Assembly (NCBI GenBank): GCA_022601195.1
Contig: JAHZIX010000034.1
Span: 18,504-82,503 of the forward strand
DNA: 64,000 nt
Reading direction: 5' to 3'
Source: Deltaproteobacteria bacterium
GTDB lineage: Bacteria; Acidobacteriota; Thermoanaerobaculia; Multivoradales; JAHZIX01
This document shows, one piece after another, positions 8,376 through 17,541 of the stretch. The position numbers were made by a program, and so were the translations under genes. The notes under the pieces were generated by a model that saw nothing but the letters and a program-made list of their open reading frames with translations, did no database searches and had not been told where the DNA came from. Every line of letters begins with the position of its first letter. Position 1 is the first letter of the stretch.

Positions 8376-11300
8376 GTGCCTTCAGAGAGCCTCTATTTCA
8401 GAGGCGCCTCCTCAGGTCCCCCGAGCCGTCACTCCCTGGTGGCGGGTGATTGGAGTCATGGTCATCGGCAAGAGGCTCAGGGTATGAATCAGCAAGAGGT
8501 ACACACCGGCATGCGCAACTCAGACATTCGGCGTCGAGACCTGGCTCGGCAAGTTCGTGAAATGAGCCTGACCAGTCTCCTCGATCGCTTTCGGGAAGCC
8601 GGTGTTCAACACGCCTTCGTGGTCTTTGAGAACGGTCAGTTCACTCTCTCCCATCCCAAGCTACTGGAACCGCTCCGGGCCTTCATGGAGCTGTCCAACG
8701 ACTTTGCCCGGCACGAGGCGGTGTTCATCGGTACCGAGCCGGGACTGCCAACGCTTTTTTTCGCCTTCGTTCACGACACCCGTAGAGGTCTTTCTCAGGG
8801 AGGACTGCGATACCGCATGTACCAGAGCGTGGCAGAGGTTCTCGAGGATGGCCTCAGGCTCTCTCAGGGGATGACGCGCAAGAACGCTCTAGCTGGTCTC
8901 TGGTGGGGTGGCGGCAAAGGGATTCTTCCCATGACGGATCACATGACCGACCCTTCCTATTTGAAAGAGGGCAGCGACCAACGCCTGGAGGTTTTTCGAG
9001 GCTATGCCCGCTTCGTCGCCAGTCTAGGAGGGGTCTATTACACGGCGGAAGATGTCGGTACAAAGACTTCGGACATGGATGCCATGCTCTCCCAGAATCG
9101 GTTCCAAACTTGTGTCTCCAGTTCGGTGGGAGGGAGCGGAAACCCATCACCAGCCACCGCTCGAGGAGTCTTCTGGGCCATGCAGGCCGCTTGGAGGTTT
9201 CTCACCGGGGAAGAGCGCCTTCAGGGCGTAAAAGTGGCCGTGCAAGGCGCCGGTAATGTCGGCGGAGTCCTGATCGATCTCTTGGACCGAGCTGGAGCCG
9301 AGGTCTGGACCTGCGACGTCAACCAACCGGTGCTCGATGAGTTGGCCCAGCGCCGGCCCGGCGTCCATATCGTGCCGCCGGATGAGATCCTCGGTCTCGA
9401 AGTAGATATTCAGGCTCCTTGCGCCATCGGCGATCAGATCAACGTCCGGACGATCCCTCACCTGAAGGCCAGGCTAGTCTGCGGTGCCGCCAACAACATC
9501 CTCGGTGAGCCTGCGGACGCCGAACGCCTGCGGGAGCGAGGTATCGCCTTTGTGCCCGACTATGTTTGCAATCGCATGGGGATCACCAATTGCGCAGATG
9601 AGTGGCAAGGATATCTGGCAGAAGATGTGGAAATCGCTGCCCAGCGCCTTTACCCGGACACCTTGCGAGTGCTCAAGCACGCCCGCAATCTGGCGATTAG
9701 CACCACGGCTGCTGCCGATGAGCTCGCCGACATCGCTGCCAGTGAGCTTCACCCTTTGTTGGGGCACCGGGGGCGACGGATCATCGATCACTTGATGGCG
9801 AGTGGGTGGCATCGTGCCGGCGAACCCGTGGCCGAGAGAGGCAAGGGGGCTCAAGCAGAGGAAAGACCCAAGGGACCGAACCGGAACGCCTCCAAGAAGA
9901 CGGGCCACGGGACCGGAAGAGAGGTCATTTTTGACCCCGCCTTGGATGAAGCCGAGCAGAGGTTGCTGTGGAAGAGCGGCGGGGCCAAACAGCCAGCCAC
10001 CACGGCTGTGGCTGCCGCGCCTATTCCCACCGACTCCCGCCCCAGTCTCGACGCCTTCCTCTCCAACGTCTTGGCAGACGTCCGAGCTCGGGCTTTGGAA
10101 ATCGACAACGGCCAGCCCTGCCGGCGGGTCATGGGATCGGACCACGGCGGCCTGTCCCTCCAACTCGCCGTGGAACGATCTTTGCCCTACGAAAGAGAAG
10201 AGACGGGTCGGGCCGAGTTCTTTGAGATCTGTCGGGATCTCCACAATGAAAACGACGCGACGGTGCGCGAACACCTGCACAGCTTGGGCATTGGTTTTAG
10301 TCCTCGCGAGTGGCTCGATCCGATGGCCCGCAAGGGCTCTCAAGTGGTCACTCGGCTATTTTTCGCCCTCAAGGATGCTGGCTACTTGCGGTGGGAGAAG
10401 CGAGTCGGGCACCACTGCCCTCGCTGCCAGACGGTCCTGGTCTCCTCTGAGGTCAAACCGACCCTACTCAAGATCGACCGCCGCTACCGCATCGTCTTTG
10501 CCACCGGAGACGGCTCACAGCCGGGGCAAAAGGTCGAGGCCCTGACCTTCTTTCCGGAGCTCTTGGTGGGAGCGGTAGCCTTAGCCGTTCAGCCCCAAGG
10601 CAGGTTTGGCGAAACGGTAGGACAGACCGCGGTCAACCCGGTGACCAACGAGGACCTTCCCATCCTGGCGGTGGATTCCCTGGAAACAGAAGCGGCTTTC
10701 CTGGTCCCCTCCTACAGCCGGGGAGACGAGCGGATCGCCCGCGATCACGGCCTCCTGGCGGCTCCTCCCGTATTCGATGGAGAAGGGCAGGTCTTGTTCC
10801 CCAAAGCACCGGGACAGGCGGTCGAGCCCCTACCCCGCCGACAGGCGCGAGAGGCGGTGCTGGCCCGTCTGGGAGACCGAGCCACTGCCCTAGCGGGCGG
10901 TTGGGTGCTCAATACCCAGCGTTGCCGGCGCTGCGAAACCGTGGTTATCCCCTGCCATTCTGAGCAGCTCTTCGTCCATTTCGGCAGCGCCGTCGACACC
11001 TTGAGGCAAGCTCTGGAATCCGGAGCCGTGACCTTTAGCCACCCGCGCTGGCGAACCGCTGTCGAAGGTTACCTGGACAACCTCGAGCCCCTCTGCATTT
11101 CCCGCCAGCAATGGTGGGGCAACCGAATGCCAGAGGGCACCGAGGAGGTCTTTTCAACTTGGTTTTCTCTCATCGCTTGGTCTCTTCAGGGAGTCGGCTG
11201 GCCCCAGCAGGGAATGCCCGAGCCGGTGGACGAAGTCTTTGTCGACCCGGATCATCTCCTGCGCTGGGTAATTCCTAGCCAACTGGCGTCTCTCGCCCTA

Positions 11301-12227
11301 ACGGGCCGACCGGTCTTCCGACGCATCGCCGTACACGGTGCATTGCACTTAGCGGATCGCTGGCTGCAGCCGATCTCCGGCCAGCCGGCGGACGAACCGG
11401 ATGAGGACCGATTCCTCTATCGTTCTCGCCTGCGCCCAATGCGCCGGCAATTGGGCAATGTGGTGGAGCCTGCCACACTGACTCGACGCTTCGGCACCGA
11501 TGCCCTCCGTCTCGGCTACTTGCTCTGCCTGGGAAGCGGTCGACCGGAAGTCGTCACTTTGGACGAGGGAGCCTTGAGGCGTGCACGACGTGCCCTGCAT
11601 CGGCTCACCGCGCAAATCAGTGGCCTCTATGGGCTTTCCCAGCGGGCTGGTCAAGAAGACCCTAGGCAGCAGCTCGCGGGACAGGCTGCCACGGCTCAAG
11701 TTCTCGATCACTGGATTCTCACCCGCTGTGAATTAGCTGTCGCAGGAGCCCAGAAGGACTACCAAGGGCTCCAACTCGCCAGTGCGGCTCGGCGCTTGGT
11801 GACCTTGGTAGAGGATCTCCGGCGCTACGGTCGCCTGGCCTCAGAGCGCATCGAAGCCGGAAAATCCGTGCCTGCCGTGCGGGCTACCCTCGGCTCTCTC
11901 ATTCCAATCCTTGGGGTTGGGTTCGGGCCCATCTGCCCTTTCACTTTCTCGAAACTCTCTACTTGGGCCCTCGACCGAGGTCTCGAAGCACCCCAGGGTC
12001 CTCAACCGGAAGCCTGGCTCGGGCAATTGGTGGAAGAGCTCTCCCGCCACTCCGGTACGGTTTGCCGTCTCAGCGCCCCGGAAGCTGCGGTGCGGGAGCT
12101 GCTGGCTCGCACCACGACGGAGCTGGTCGGCCTGAGTGGCTCCCAGGTGGAAGTGGTCGATGACGTCGACAGCCCCCACGTCTCCGTAGGACCCTGTCGA
12201 CTCGCCACGGTAAGTGAGTCCAGCTAG
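8376..12227 (+). CDS. Fusion protein: Leu/Phe/Val (Glu/Leu/Phe/Val family) amino-acid dehydrogenase domain plus a ValRS-like class I aaRS body lacking HIGH and KMSKS. The start codon is uncertain; internal Met codons occur near 8478-8510.
   Basis: Dehydrogenase motifs: GGLRYRMY, LSQGMTRKNALAGLWWGGGKG (Lys181, nt 8916-8918), YYTAEDVGT, VAVQGAGNVGG, APCAIG, CGAANN, FVPDYVCN. ValRS-like motifs: GSDHGG, TFFPE (TTRPET position), CISRQQWWGNRMP, FSTWFSL, LGNVVEP..FGTDALRLGYL, and an anticodon-domain-like DHWILTR. Confidence 0.75.
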   Translation: MPSESLYFRGASSGPPSRHSLVAGDWSHGHRQEAQGMNQQEVHTGMRNSDIRRRDLARQVREMSLTSLLDRFREAGVQHAFVVFENGQFTLSHPKLLEPLRAFMELSNDFARHEAVFIGTEPGLPTLFFAFVHDTRRGLSQGGLRYRMYQSVAEVLEDGLRLSQGMTRKNALAGLWWGGGKGILPMTDHMTDPSYLKEGSDQRLEVFRGYARFVASLGGVYYTAEDVGTKTSDMDAMLSQNRFQTCVSSSVGGSGNPSPATARGVFWAMQAAWRFLTGEERLQGVKVAVQGAGNVGGVLIDLLDRAGAEVWTCDVNQPVLDELAQRRPGVHIVPPDEILGLEVDIQAPCAIGDQINVRTIPHLKARLVCGAANNILGEPADAERLRERGIAFVPDYVCNRMGITNCADEWQGYLAEDVEIAAQRLYPDTLRVLKHARNLAISTTAAADELADIAASELHPLLGHRGRRIIDHLMASGWHRAGEPVAERGKGAQAEERPKGPNRNASKKTGHGTGREVIFDPALDEAEQRLLWKSGGAKQPATTAVAAAPIPTDSRPSLDAFLSNVLADVRARALEIDNGQPCRRVMGSDHGGLSLQLAVERSLPYEREETGRAEFFEICRDLHNENDATVREHLHSLGIGFSPREWLDPMARKGSQVVTRLFFALKDAGYLRWEKRVGHHCPRCQTVLVSSEVKPTLLKIDRRYRIVFATGDGSQPGQKVEALTFFPELLVGAVALAVQPQGRFGETVGQTAVNPVTNEDLPILAVDSLETEAAFLVPSYSRGDERIARDHGLLAAPPVFDGEGQVLFPKAPGQAVEPLPRRQAREAVLARLGDRATALAGGWVLNTQRCRRCETVVIPCHSEQLFVHFGSAVDTLRQALESGAVTFSHPRWRTAVEGYLDNLEPLCISRQQWWGNRMPEGTEEVFSTWFSLIAWSLQGVGWPQQGMPEPVDEVFVDPDHLLRWVIPSQLASLALTGRPVFRRIAVHGALHLADRWLQPISGQPADEPDEDRFLYRSRLRPMRRQLGNVVEPATLTRRFGTDALRLGYLLCLGSGRPEVVTLDEGALRRARRALHRLTAQISGLYGLSQRAGQEDPRQQLAGQAATAQVLDHWILTRCELAVAGAQKDYQGLQLASAARRLVTLVEDLRRYGRLASERIEAGKSVPAVRATLGSLIPILGVGFGPICPFTFSKLSTWALDRGLEAPQGPQPEAWLGQLVEELSRHSGTVCRLSAPEAAVRELLARTTTELVGLSGSQVEVVDDVDSPHVSVGPCRLATVSESS

Positions 12228-12487
12228 CATCTCGAGGCGGCTTCACCCAAGGGAATCCGGAAGGGGCTTCCACCGATCGAGAGTGAGGACCGCGACTCTA
12301 CTTGGCAAACGGTCGATTCACTTGGCGTTGGCCTGTGAGCTATCTTGAGGATCGGCCTCAGGATTCGCCTCCTGGGTCAACGAGGAATCTCTCATTCTCG
12401 CAAACAAGCGACTCTCATCACCTGCTCCTAGCCCTTGACAGTCACAGCTAGGTCGGCAACCATCGACTTTTACTTTGGTTTATTGCA

Positions 12488-13039
12488 ATGCAGTCAAGCG
12501 AAGCTGATCTCATACAGCGCTTTCTAGATGGGGAAGAGCAAGCGGTCCAACTCGTAGACAGCTGGATCTCGCAAGCCGCCTGGGGCTTTCGCCAGCGCTT
12601 GTCCCGAGATTGGGAAGATGTCTTCCAGGAAATCCGCCTGGAGCTGACCCGTCTGCTGATCCAAAAGAAGTTCAGAGGCGAGTCGAGCCTCAAGACCTAC
12701 CTCTGGCGAGTCGTCAATCACACCTGCATCGATCGAGTCCGGGCCCTTTCCCGCTGGCGTTGGGAAGCTCTGGATGACCTCGACCACCGAGGCGTCTTGG
12801 TACAACATGCAAAACAAGGGGACCGCAAGGAATTTCGCGACCTGATGCTTCGGGTGGTTGAACAGAGCTCTGAAGAATGTCGCAAGCTTTGGCGTTTGGT
12901 TTTGGAGGGTTACAGCTATCGGGAAATGAGTGAGAGCCTCGGCGTCGCCGAACCAACTCTCCGAGTGAGAGTGCTTCGTTGTCGGAAGAAAGCAGTCGAA
13001 GCCCGTGACCAGTTACTGGACGAAAGCCCTGAATCTTAA
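12488..13039 (+). CDS. ECF-type RNA polymerase sigma factor (sigma-70 family)
   Basis: 183 aa. Region 2-like segment YLWRVVNHTCIDRVR and region 4 HTH LEGYSYREMSESLGVAEPTLRVRVLRCRKK. Confidence 0.8.
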   Translation: MQSSEADLIQRFLDGEEQAVQLVDSWISQAAWGFRQRLSRDWEDVFQEIRLELTRLLIQKKFRGESSLKTYLWRVVNHTCIDRVRALSRWRWEALDDLDHRGVLVQHAKQGDRKEFRDLMLRVVEQSSEECRKLWRLVLEGYSYREMSESLGVAEPTLRVRVLRCRKKAVEARDQLLDESPES

Positions 13040-13093
13040 TTTTTTTTCCCGGGTCGGTAACAAATCTCGAGCCACACCGCCTGTAGAACCGTT

Positions 13094-14053
13094 ATGGATA
13101 GAAATCACCTGAACTGCGCATCGATTGAAGAGCTACTCCCCTGGTACCTGAACGGCACCCTGGAATCCGCCGAGAGCTCGGCTGTAGCCCGACATTTGGA
13201 GGAATGCCCCCAGTGTCGCCAGGAGCACCGGGACGCGGCGATGGCTGCCGCTTCCTATGCAGCTCATCCCACAGCAGAGGATCTGGTGGACTTCGCGTTC
13301 CACCGCCTCAGCTTCGGGGATCGCCGATCCAGGATCCAGGCTCACCTCGAGTTCTGCTCCTCCTGTACGGAGGAAGTGGCTCTGATCAGCGAGAGCCGCG
13401 ATGCCCTCGAGAGTCTCGAGGAGGGAGAGCTCCCGGCAGCTTCGACGAGCGCCCCCCCTACGAGTCCCGTCATCGCCTTTCCTGGGCCGAAAAAACCGAC
13501 GGAGAGCTTCCTCGGGAGCTCACCAACGGTTCTGCGCTGGGCCGCCGCTGCCGCTATCGCCTTCTTGGCAACGACAGTCGTGTGGCAAATTTCCCGGCCA
13601 CCAGTGCCCGGATCTTCCACCGCTTCCGTCCAAGCGGGCGGCGGGTCGGCAGGCCCCCTCCAGACCCTTCCCAGAACGAATCTGGATCGGATTCGGGAGC
13701 GGCTTGCGGGAGCCCCCTCCTGGGCCCTATCCGATAGCCCCACAGGCGGTTGGCTGCCTTCGGGACCGCGGGGAAATGCTGTCCTTCTCCTCCCCACCGA
13801 TGCCACTGAAGTGGTACTCTGGGCGAGCGATCTGGGGACGACTGAAGGAAAGACTTTTTCCGCCCAGATCCTCGGTCCAGAAGAGGAGTTGCTATGGGCC
13901 GCCCGGAACCTGGTTGCGGATGATCAAGATAAGATTCAACTTCAAATCCCCGTCGAGGCACTGCAAGCCGCGCGAATCTACCTCGAGGTGGCTCGCTACA
14001 GCAGCGGTGAGTCTAAATCTCTGGGAATCCGGGAGGTCGAGGTACGCCGCTAG
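13094..14053 (+). CDS. Putative anti-sigma factor (zf-HC2 type) with one TM segment
   Basis: Immediately downstream of the ECF sigma gene. N-terminal H-x3-C-x2-C motif (ARHLEECPQCRQEH) and a central hydrophobic helix (LRWAAAAAIAFLATTVVW). Confidence 0.6.
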   Translation: MDRNHLNCASIEELLPWYLNGTLESAESSAVARHLEECPQCRQEHRDAAMAAASYAAHPTAEDLVDFAFHRLSFGDRRSRIQAHLEFCSSCTEEVALISESRDALESLEEGELPAASTSAPPTSPVIAFPGPKKPTESFLGSSPTVLRWAAAAAIAFLATTVVWQISRPPVPGSSTASVQAGGGSAGPLQTLPRTNLDRIRERLAGAPSWALSDSPTGGWLPSGPRGNAVLLLPTDATEVVLWASDLGTTEGKTFSAQILGPEEELLWAARNLVADDQDKIQLQIPVEALQAARIYLEVARYSSGESKSLGIREVEVRR

Positions 14054-14345
14054 GAAGCAGCGCAGCCCCTTGGGAGAATCTCGAGCCACCGGCCCGAGCC
14101 TCAGGCCGTCGAGAAGTCCGAAGTCCCAAATCCTCCATCGAAGCCTCCTGAGCCCGGCATTTCCCTATGCCCCGCGGTCTCCAAGAAACCACGGTGGCCC
14201 GAGTTCTGCTCAACGCCAGGCAAAAGCTCAACAATTTCGAATGAAACCTTTTCAACTCGGCCTGGCTCAGACGCCCAGCCCTTGACTTGCGAACCCCTGT
14301 TCAATACTTTTATGACGATATTTCAATTCACTACCTGGAGGGTCT

Positions 14346-14864
14346 TTGAACGTGTGGAAAAAACAGGACTCAGATAACGCCTCGCCGCCTCTCGCTTCCT
14401 CCCCTTCCGCTCCTGCTCCGCTACCCAGTCGCAAAGATTCCCAAGCCCAACCGAGCCGAGGAGCAGCTACCATAGGCCCTTCCATCGTCATCAAGGGGGA
14501 TGTTTCCGGCCAGGAAGATCTGATCATCGAAGGTACCGTAGAGGGCGAGGTCTCCCTCCGAAAGCACAATGTCACCGTGGGCCGCACCGGTAAGGCCAAG
14601 GCCGATATTTATGGGAAGAATATCCGTGTCGAAGGCGAAGTTCGGGGCAACCTTTTCGGTGAAGAAGCGGTGGTCATTCACGAAACCGGGTCCGTGGCCG
14701 GCAACATCACCGCTCCCCGAGTCTCTTTGGAAAACGGTTCTACTTTCAAGGGCAGCATCGACATGGGCGCTTCCGTAGATTCTGGCCAGCCGGGGGCTGG
14801 CTCCAAGCACAAGGTTGGGCACCCTGGGAAAGCCTCCGGAAACAAGCCGGGAGCCCAGCTCTGA
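14346..14864 (+). CDS. Bactofilin (polymer-forming cytoskeletal protein, DUF583)
   Basis: Repetitive beta-helix pattern IGPSIVIKGDVSGQEDLIIEGTVEGEV..VTVGRTGKAKADIYGKNIRVEGEVRGNLFGEEAVVIHETGSVAGNITAPRVSLENGSTFKGSIDM. The start could be TTG 14346 or GTG 14352. Confidence 0.8.
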   Translation: MNVWKKQDSDNASPPLASSPSAPAPLPSRKDSQAQPSRGAATIGPSIVIKGDVSGQEDLIIEGTVEGEVSLRKHNVTVGRTGKAKADIYGKNIRVEGEVRGNLFGEEAVVIHETGSVAGNITAPRVSLENGSTFKGSIDMGASVDSGQPGAGSKHKVGHPGKASGNKPGAQL

Positions 14865-14976
14865 ACGGGCTAGAGCTCGGGAGTGTTCCAGCCAGGCTCG
14901 TCGAAGGGGCCAGGGAACGGGACAGGGCCAATGAACGGGCCGGCGTCTCTAGGACCGGTCATAGGGAGAGGATCTC

Positions 14977-15642
14977 TTGAGCAGTCGCGGAGCGGAGACC
15001 GTCGAACAACAAAGCCTAGGGTTGAAGGCCTTATTCGCCGGCCTCGACCCGAATACTGATTCCGCCGTATTGGACTTGGGACCTGCCTCTGGGACGAACC
15101 TGACCTTCTTTTCCCAGCTGGGTTGCCGGGTCCATGTGGCCGATCTCTACCGGAGTCTTTGGGACTCGGCGGCGGACCGCCCCACGGACGCCGCAACCTT
15201 CGCCGAGGCTTGTTCTTCGCTGCTACCGGACAGCGATGATCATCGCTTCGACTACATCCTCACCTGGGACCTGTTCAACTACCTGACCCAGGACCAGATC
15301 ACAGCCGTAGTGGAGCCTTTGACAGCATTGTGCAAACCGGGCGCCGTACTGTTTTCTATGATCTCCATCCGGCACCAAATCGCTTCCCGACCGGGAAGCT
15401 TTCAGATTCTCGAGCCCGGAAGACTGAGCACCCAGCAGGCTCCCTCCAACGCTCGACCCTCCCCGGAATACAAGGAGCCACAGCTCTTGCGACTCCTCCC
15501 CGGATTCTTGGTGCGACGATGCTTTCTCATGCGTCATGGAGTTCAGGAGTACCTATTCGAATACAAGCCGGTCTCCGCCGGCAATGAGCAGCCTGCCGCC
15601 GGTCTTCCAGGCCCGCGACCACGTTCTCTGCGCATGCCATGA
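14977..15642 (+). CDS. Probable class I SAM-dependent methyltransferase (TTG start)
   Basis: Motif I-like VLDLGPASGTNLTFFSQLGCRVHVADL. Purine-rich GGGAGAGGA lies upstream of TTG. Confidence 0.5.
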   Translation: MSSRGAETVEQQSLGLKALFAGLDPNTDSAVLDLGPASGTNLTFFSQLGCRVHVADLYRSLWDSAADRPTDAATFAEACSSLLPDSDDHRFDYILTWDLFNYLTQDQITAVVEPLTALCKPGAVLFSMISIRHQIASRPGSFQILEPGRLSTQQAPSNARPSPEYKEPQLLRLLPGFLVRRCFLMRHGVQEYLFEYKPVSAGNEQPAAGLPGPRPRSLRMP

Positions 15643-15698
15643 GGGCTCCCCGCTGGAAAAGCCACCCTTGAAACCCTGAAGCCCGGGGGAGTATTTCC

Positions 15699-17345
15699 AT
15701 GAGAAGCCTCAGCCAGCAGGCCAAGAGCCTGATCGAGCAGCTCGACTGGCAACCCGGTTGGTGGCAGGCGCTCCTTGGAGATCACCAACACCTCCAGACC
15801 ACCCTAGCCAGTCTCGGCAGACTCGCAGAACCCGCGTCCCTGCCGCATCTGCTGCCCTTCGCCTTCCACCGCGACAAAACCGTCGCTAAAACCGCCCGGG
15901 AAGCGATCCGTCAAGCCCTCGATCAGGTTTCCGTAGGAGATCTTCCGTGGCTCGACGACTACCTCCGGCAGGGGCACTCCTGGCTCGACCCGGCCGACGG
16001 ATGGTCCTCCATCGAACCGAGGAAAATCCCCTTTCTACCTCTGCCATTGAGGTCCCTAGCAACCTTTCACCGCAGTGGCTTCGTGCGGCAAGCCGCTGTG
16101 CAAGTAATGGGGTTGGCCCGGGACGGCACCGAGCTTCCCTACCTGCTGCTGCGCCTCAGCGATTGGGTCGATCCGGTTCGCCACCTCGCCTCTCAGTTGG
16201 TCGAGGATCGCCTGACGGACGACTACGCGGGGCATTTCCTGGATTGTCAAAGCTTGATTCGACGCCTAGAGAGCCGAGATCGCAGCCAACAACAACCGAT
16301 TCTCGATCGTGTTGCGACACTGCTCCTTCGTGGAGAGAATCTCCCTCTCCTTCGCCAGGCCATCTCAGGGCCGGATCGCCTGCTCAGCCAGCGAGCCTTC
16401 GGCATCGTCTTGGCATCCCCCCAGGGCGTCGATGAAGAATCCGTGATGCTGGCAAGCCAGTCACGAGATTCGGTGACGCGACTGAGATCCGTTCGGGCCA
16501 TGCCCACTCTTCTCGAAAAAAGCAGCGCCCTCGAAAAAAGCAGCGCCCTCGAAAAAGACAGCATCCGCGAAAGACTGACTCAGCTCGGCGACGACCCTTT
16601 CATGCCGGTCCGCCGAGAGGCGCTGACGACTCGCATCGACCAACTGGGCGAAAGCCCTAGCGCAGCCAGTCGTCATCTCTTCGATCACCATGCCTCCCTT
16701 AGATACCTCGCCCGGTATTATCTGGGTCGTTCCTCCGCTGACTATGCCGAGCTCTACCGACAGGCCCTGACCCAGGACCGCCCCGGCGCCGACGCCCCGA
16801 GAGAAAGCCTGATCGGCGCCATCTCTGGGCTGAGCGAAACCGGAGATTCTTCCGACACCGCGCAGCTCGAAAACTTGCTGAGCCATTCTTCGGCCACCGT
16901 GCGTCAAAAAGTGATCCGAGCCATTGCCAGACTCGATTCCGATCGTTCGAAAGGAATCTGTCTAACCGCTCTCGAATCTGCGAGTCCCCGAGTGTCTCGG
17001 GAAGCCTCGAATTGCCTCTCGAGAGCAGCAGCTCGAGGGGAAGAGGTTCGACTGCAGGAAATCTTTGCTCGCTCTCCCCTGTTGCACGTGAAGCGCAATG
17101 CTCTCTTCCTGCTATCCGGTTTGCCGAAGTGGCAAAGCCTACCCTACCTACTACAGGGGGTCCGTTCCGATCATCCGGAGATCGAGGCTCTAGCGCGCGG
17201 TTTCTTGAGAAAATGGCTGCTCCATTTCAATAGGGATTTCTCCCAGCCGCCCCCCGGGGCAGAGGATCGTTTTTGGCAGGAGATGGGAAAGACCGAGAAT
17301 CGACTCTCAGCGAAAACCAGAAAAGCTCTCGAGTTTCTCTTTTGA
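15699..17345 (+). CDS. HEAT/ARM-like repeat protein (548 aa)
   Basis: Recurrent helical repeats with a conserved xxVRxxA pattern (FVRQAAVQVMG, DPVRHLASQLV, SVTRLRSVRAM, MPVRREALT, ATVRQKVIRAIARL, PRVSREASNCL). Contains an in-frame 18-bp tandem repeat (EKSSAL x2). Confidence 0.5.
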   Translation: MRSLSQQAKSLIEQLDWQPGWWQALLGDHQHLQTTLASLGRLAEPASLPHLLPFAFHRDKTVAKTAREAIRQALDQVSVGDLPWLDDYLRQGHSWLDPADGWSSIEPRKIPFLPLPLRSLATFHRSGFVRQAAVQVMGLARDGTELPYLLLRLSDWVDPVRHLASQLVEDRLTDDYAGHFLDCQSLIRRLESRDRSQQQPILDRVATLLLRGENLPLLRQAISGPDRLLSQRAFGIVLASPQGVDEESVMLASQSRDSVTRLRSVRAMPTLLEKSSALEKSSALEKDSIRERLTQLGDDPFMPVRREALTTRIDQLGESPSAASRHLFDHHASLRYLARYYLGRSSADYAELYRQALTQDRPGADAPRESLIGAISGLSETGDSSDTAQLENLLSHSSATVRQKVIRAIARLDSDRSKGICLTALESASPRVSREASNCLSRAAARGEEVRLQEIFARSPLLHVKRNALFLLSGLPKWQSLPYLLQGVRSDHPEIEALARGFLRKWLLHFNRDFSQPPPGAEDRFWQEMGKTENRLSAKTRKALEFLF

Positions 17346-17541
17346 CGGCTGGAAAATCTGCCGAGTCACCACACAGCTGCCGCCAAGGAGCCGTCTCCAC
17401 AGAGCCACCCCACAGAGGCACCCCACAGAGGCACCTCGCCTTGCGGGGCACAGGGGCCTTGGGAAGAGAAGATCCCGAGCAGATGATAGTGTCCATCGTC
17501 GACTCGGCTAGAAGACTCCCCGCCCTCGGAGGTATTTGAGC

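Noticed and set aside
9474-10343. Long antisense or alternative-frame ORFs inside confident genes. Examples: 9474..10343(-), 13401..14285(+), 45923..46768(+), 54508..55188(+), 61513..62802(+), 62625..63220(-), 20611..21276(-).
   Set aside because: These are typical high-GC shadow ORFs. They are Arg/Pro/Gly/Ser-rich, have no RBS and no motifs, and are fully nested in better-supported CDSs on the other strand or frame.
16512-16560. Short tandem repeats that might hint at a CRISPR array or a contingency locus: 18 bp x2.7 at 16512-16560, 15 bp x2 at 45951-45980, and an imperfect 15 bp x3 at 60124-60168.
   Set aside because: All are in-frame low-complexity repeats inside coding regions (EKSSAL; QRSGD; the C-terminal tail of the ECF sigma). 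There are no spacers and too few units. No CRISPR-like array exists anywhere in the window.
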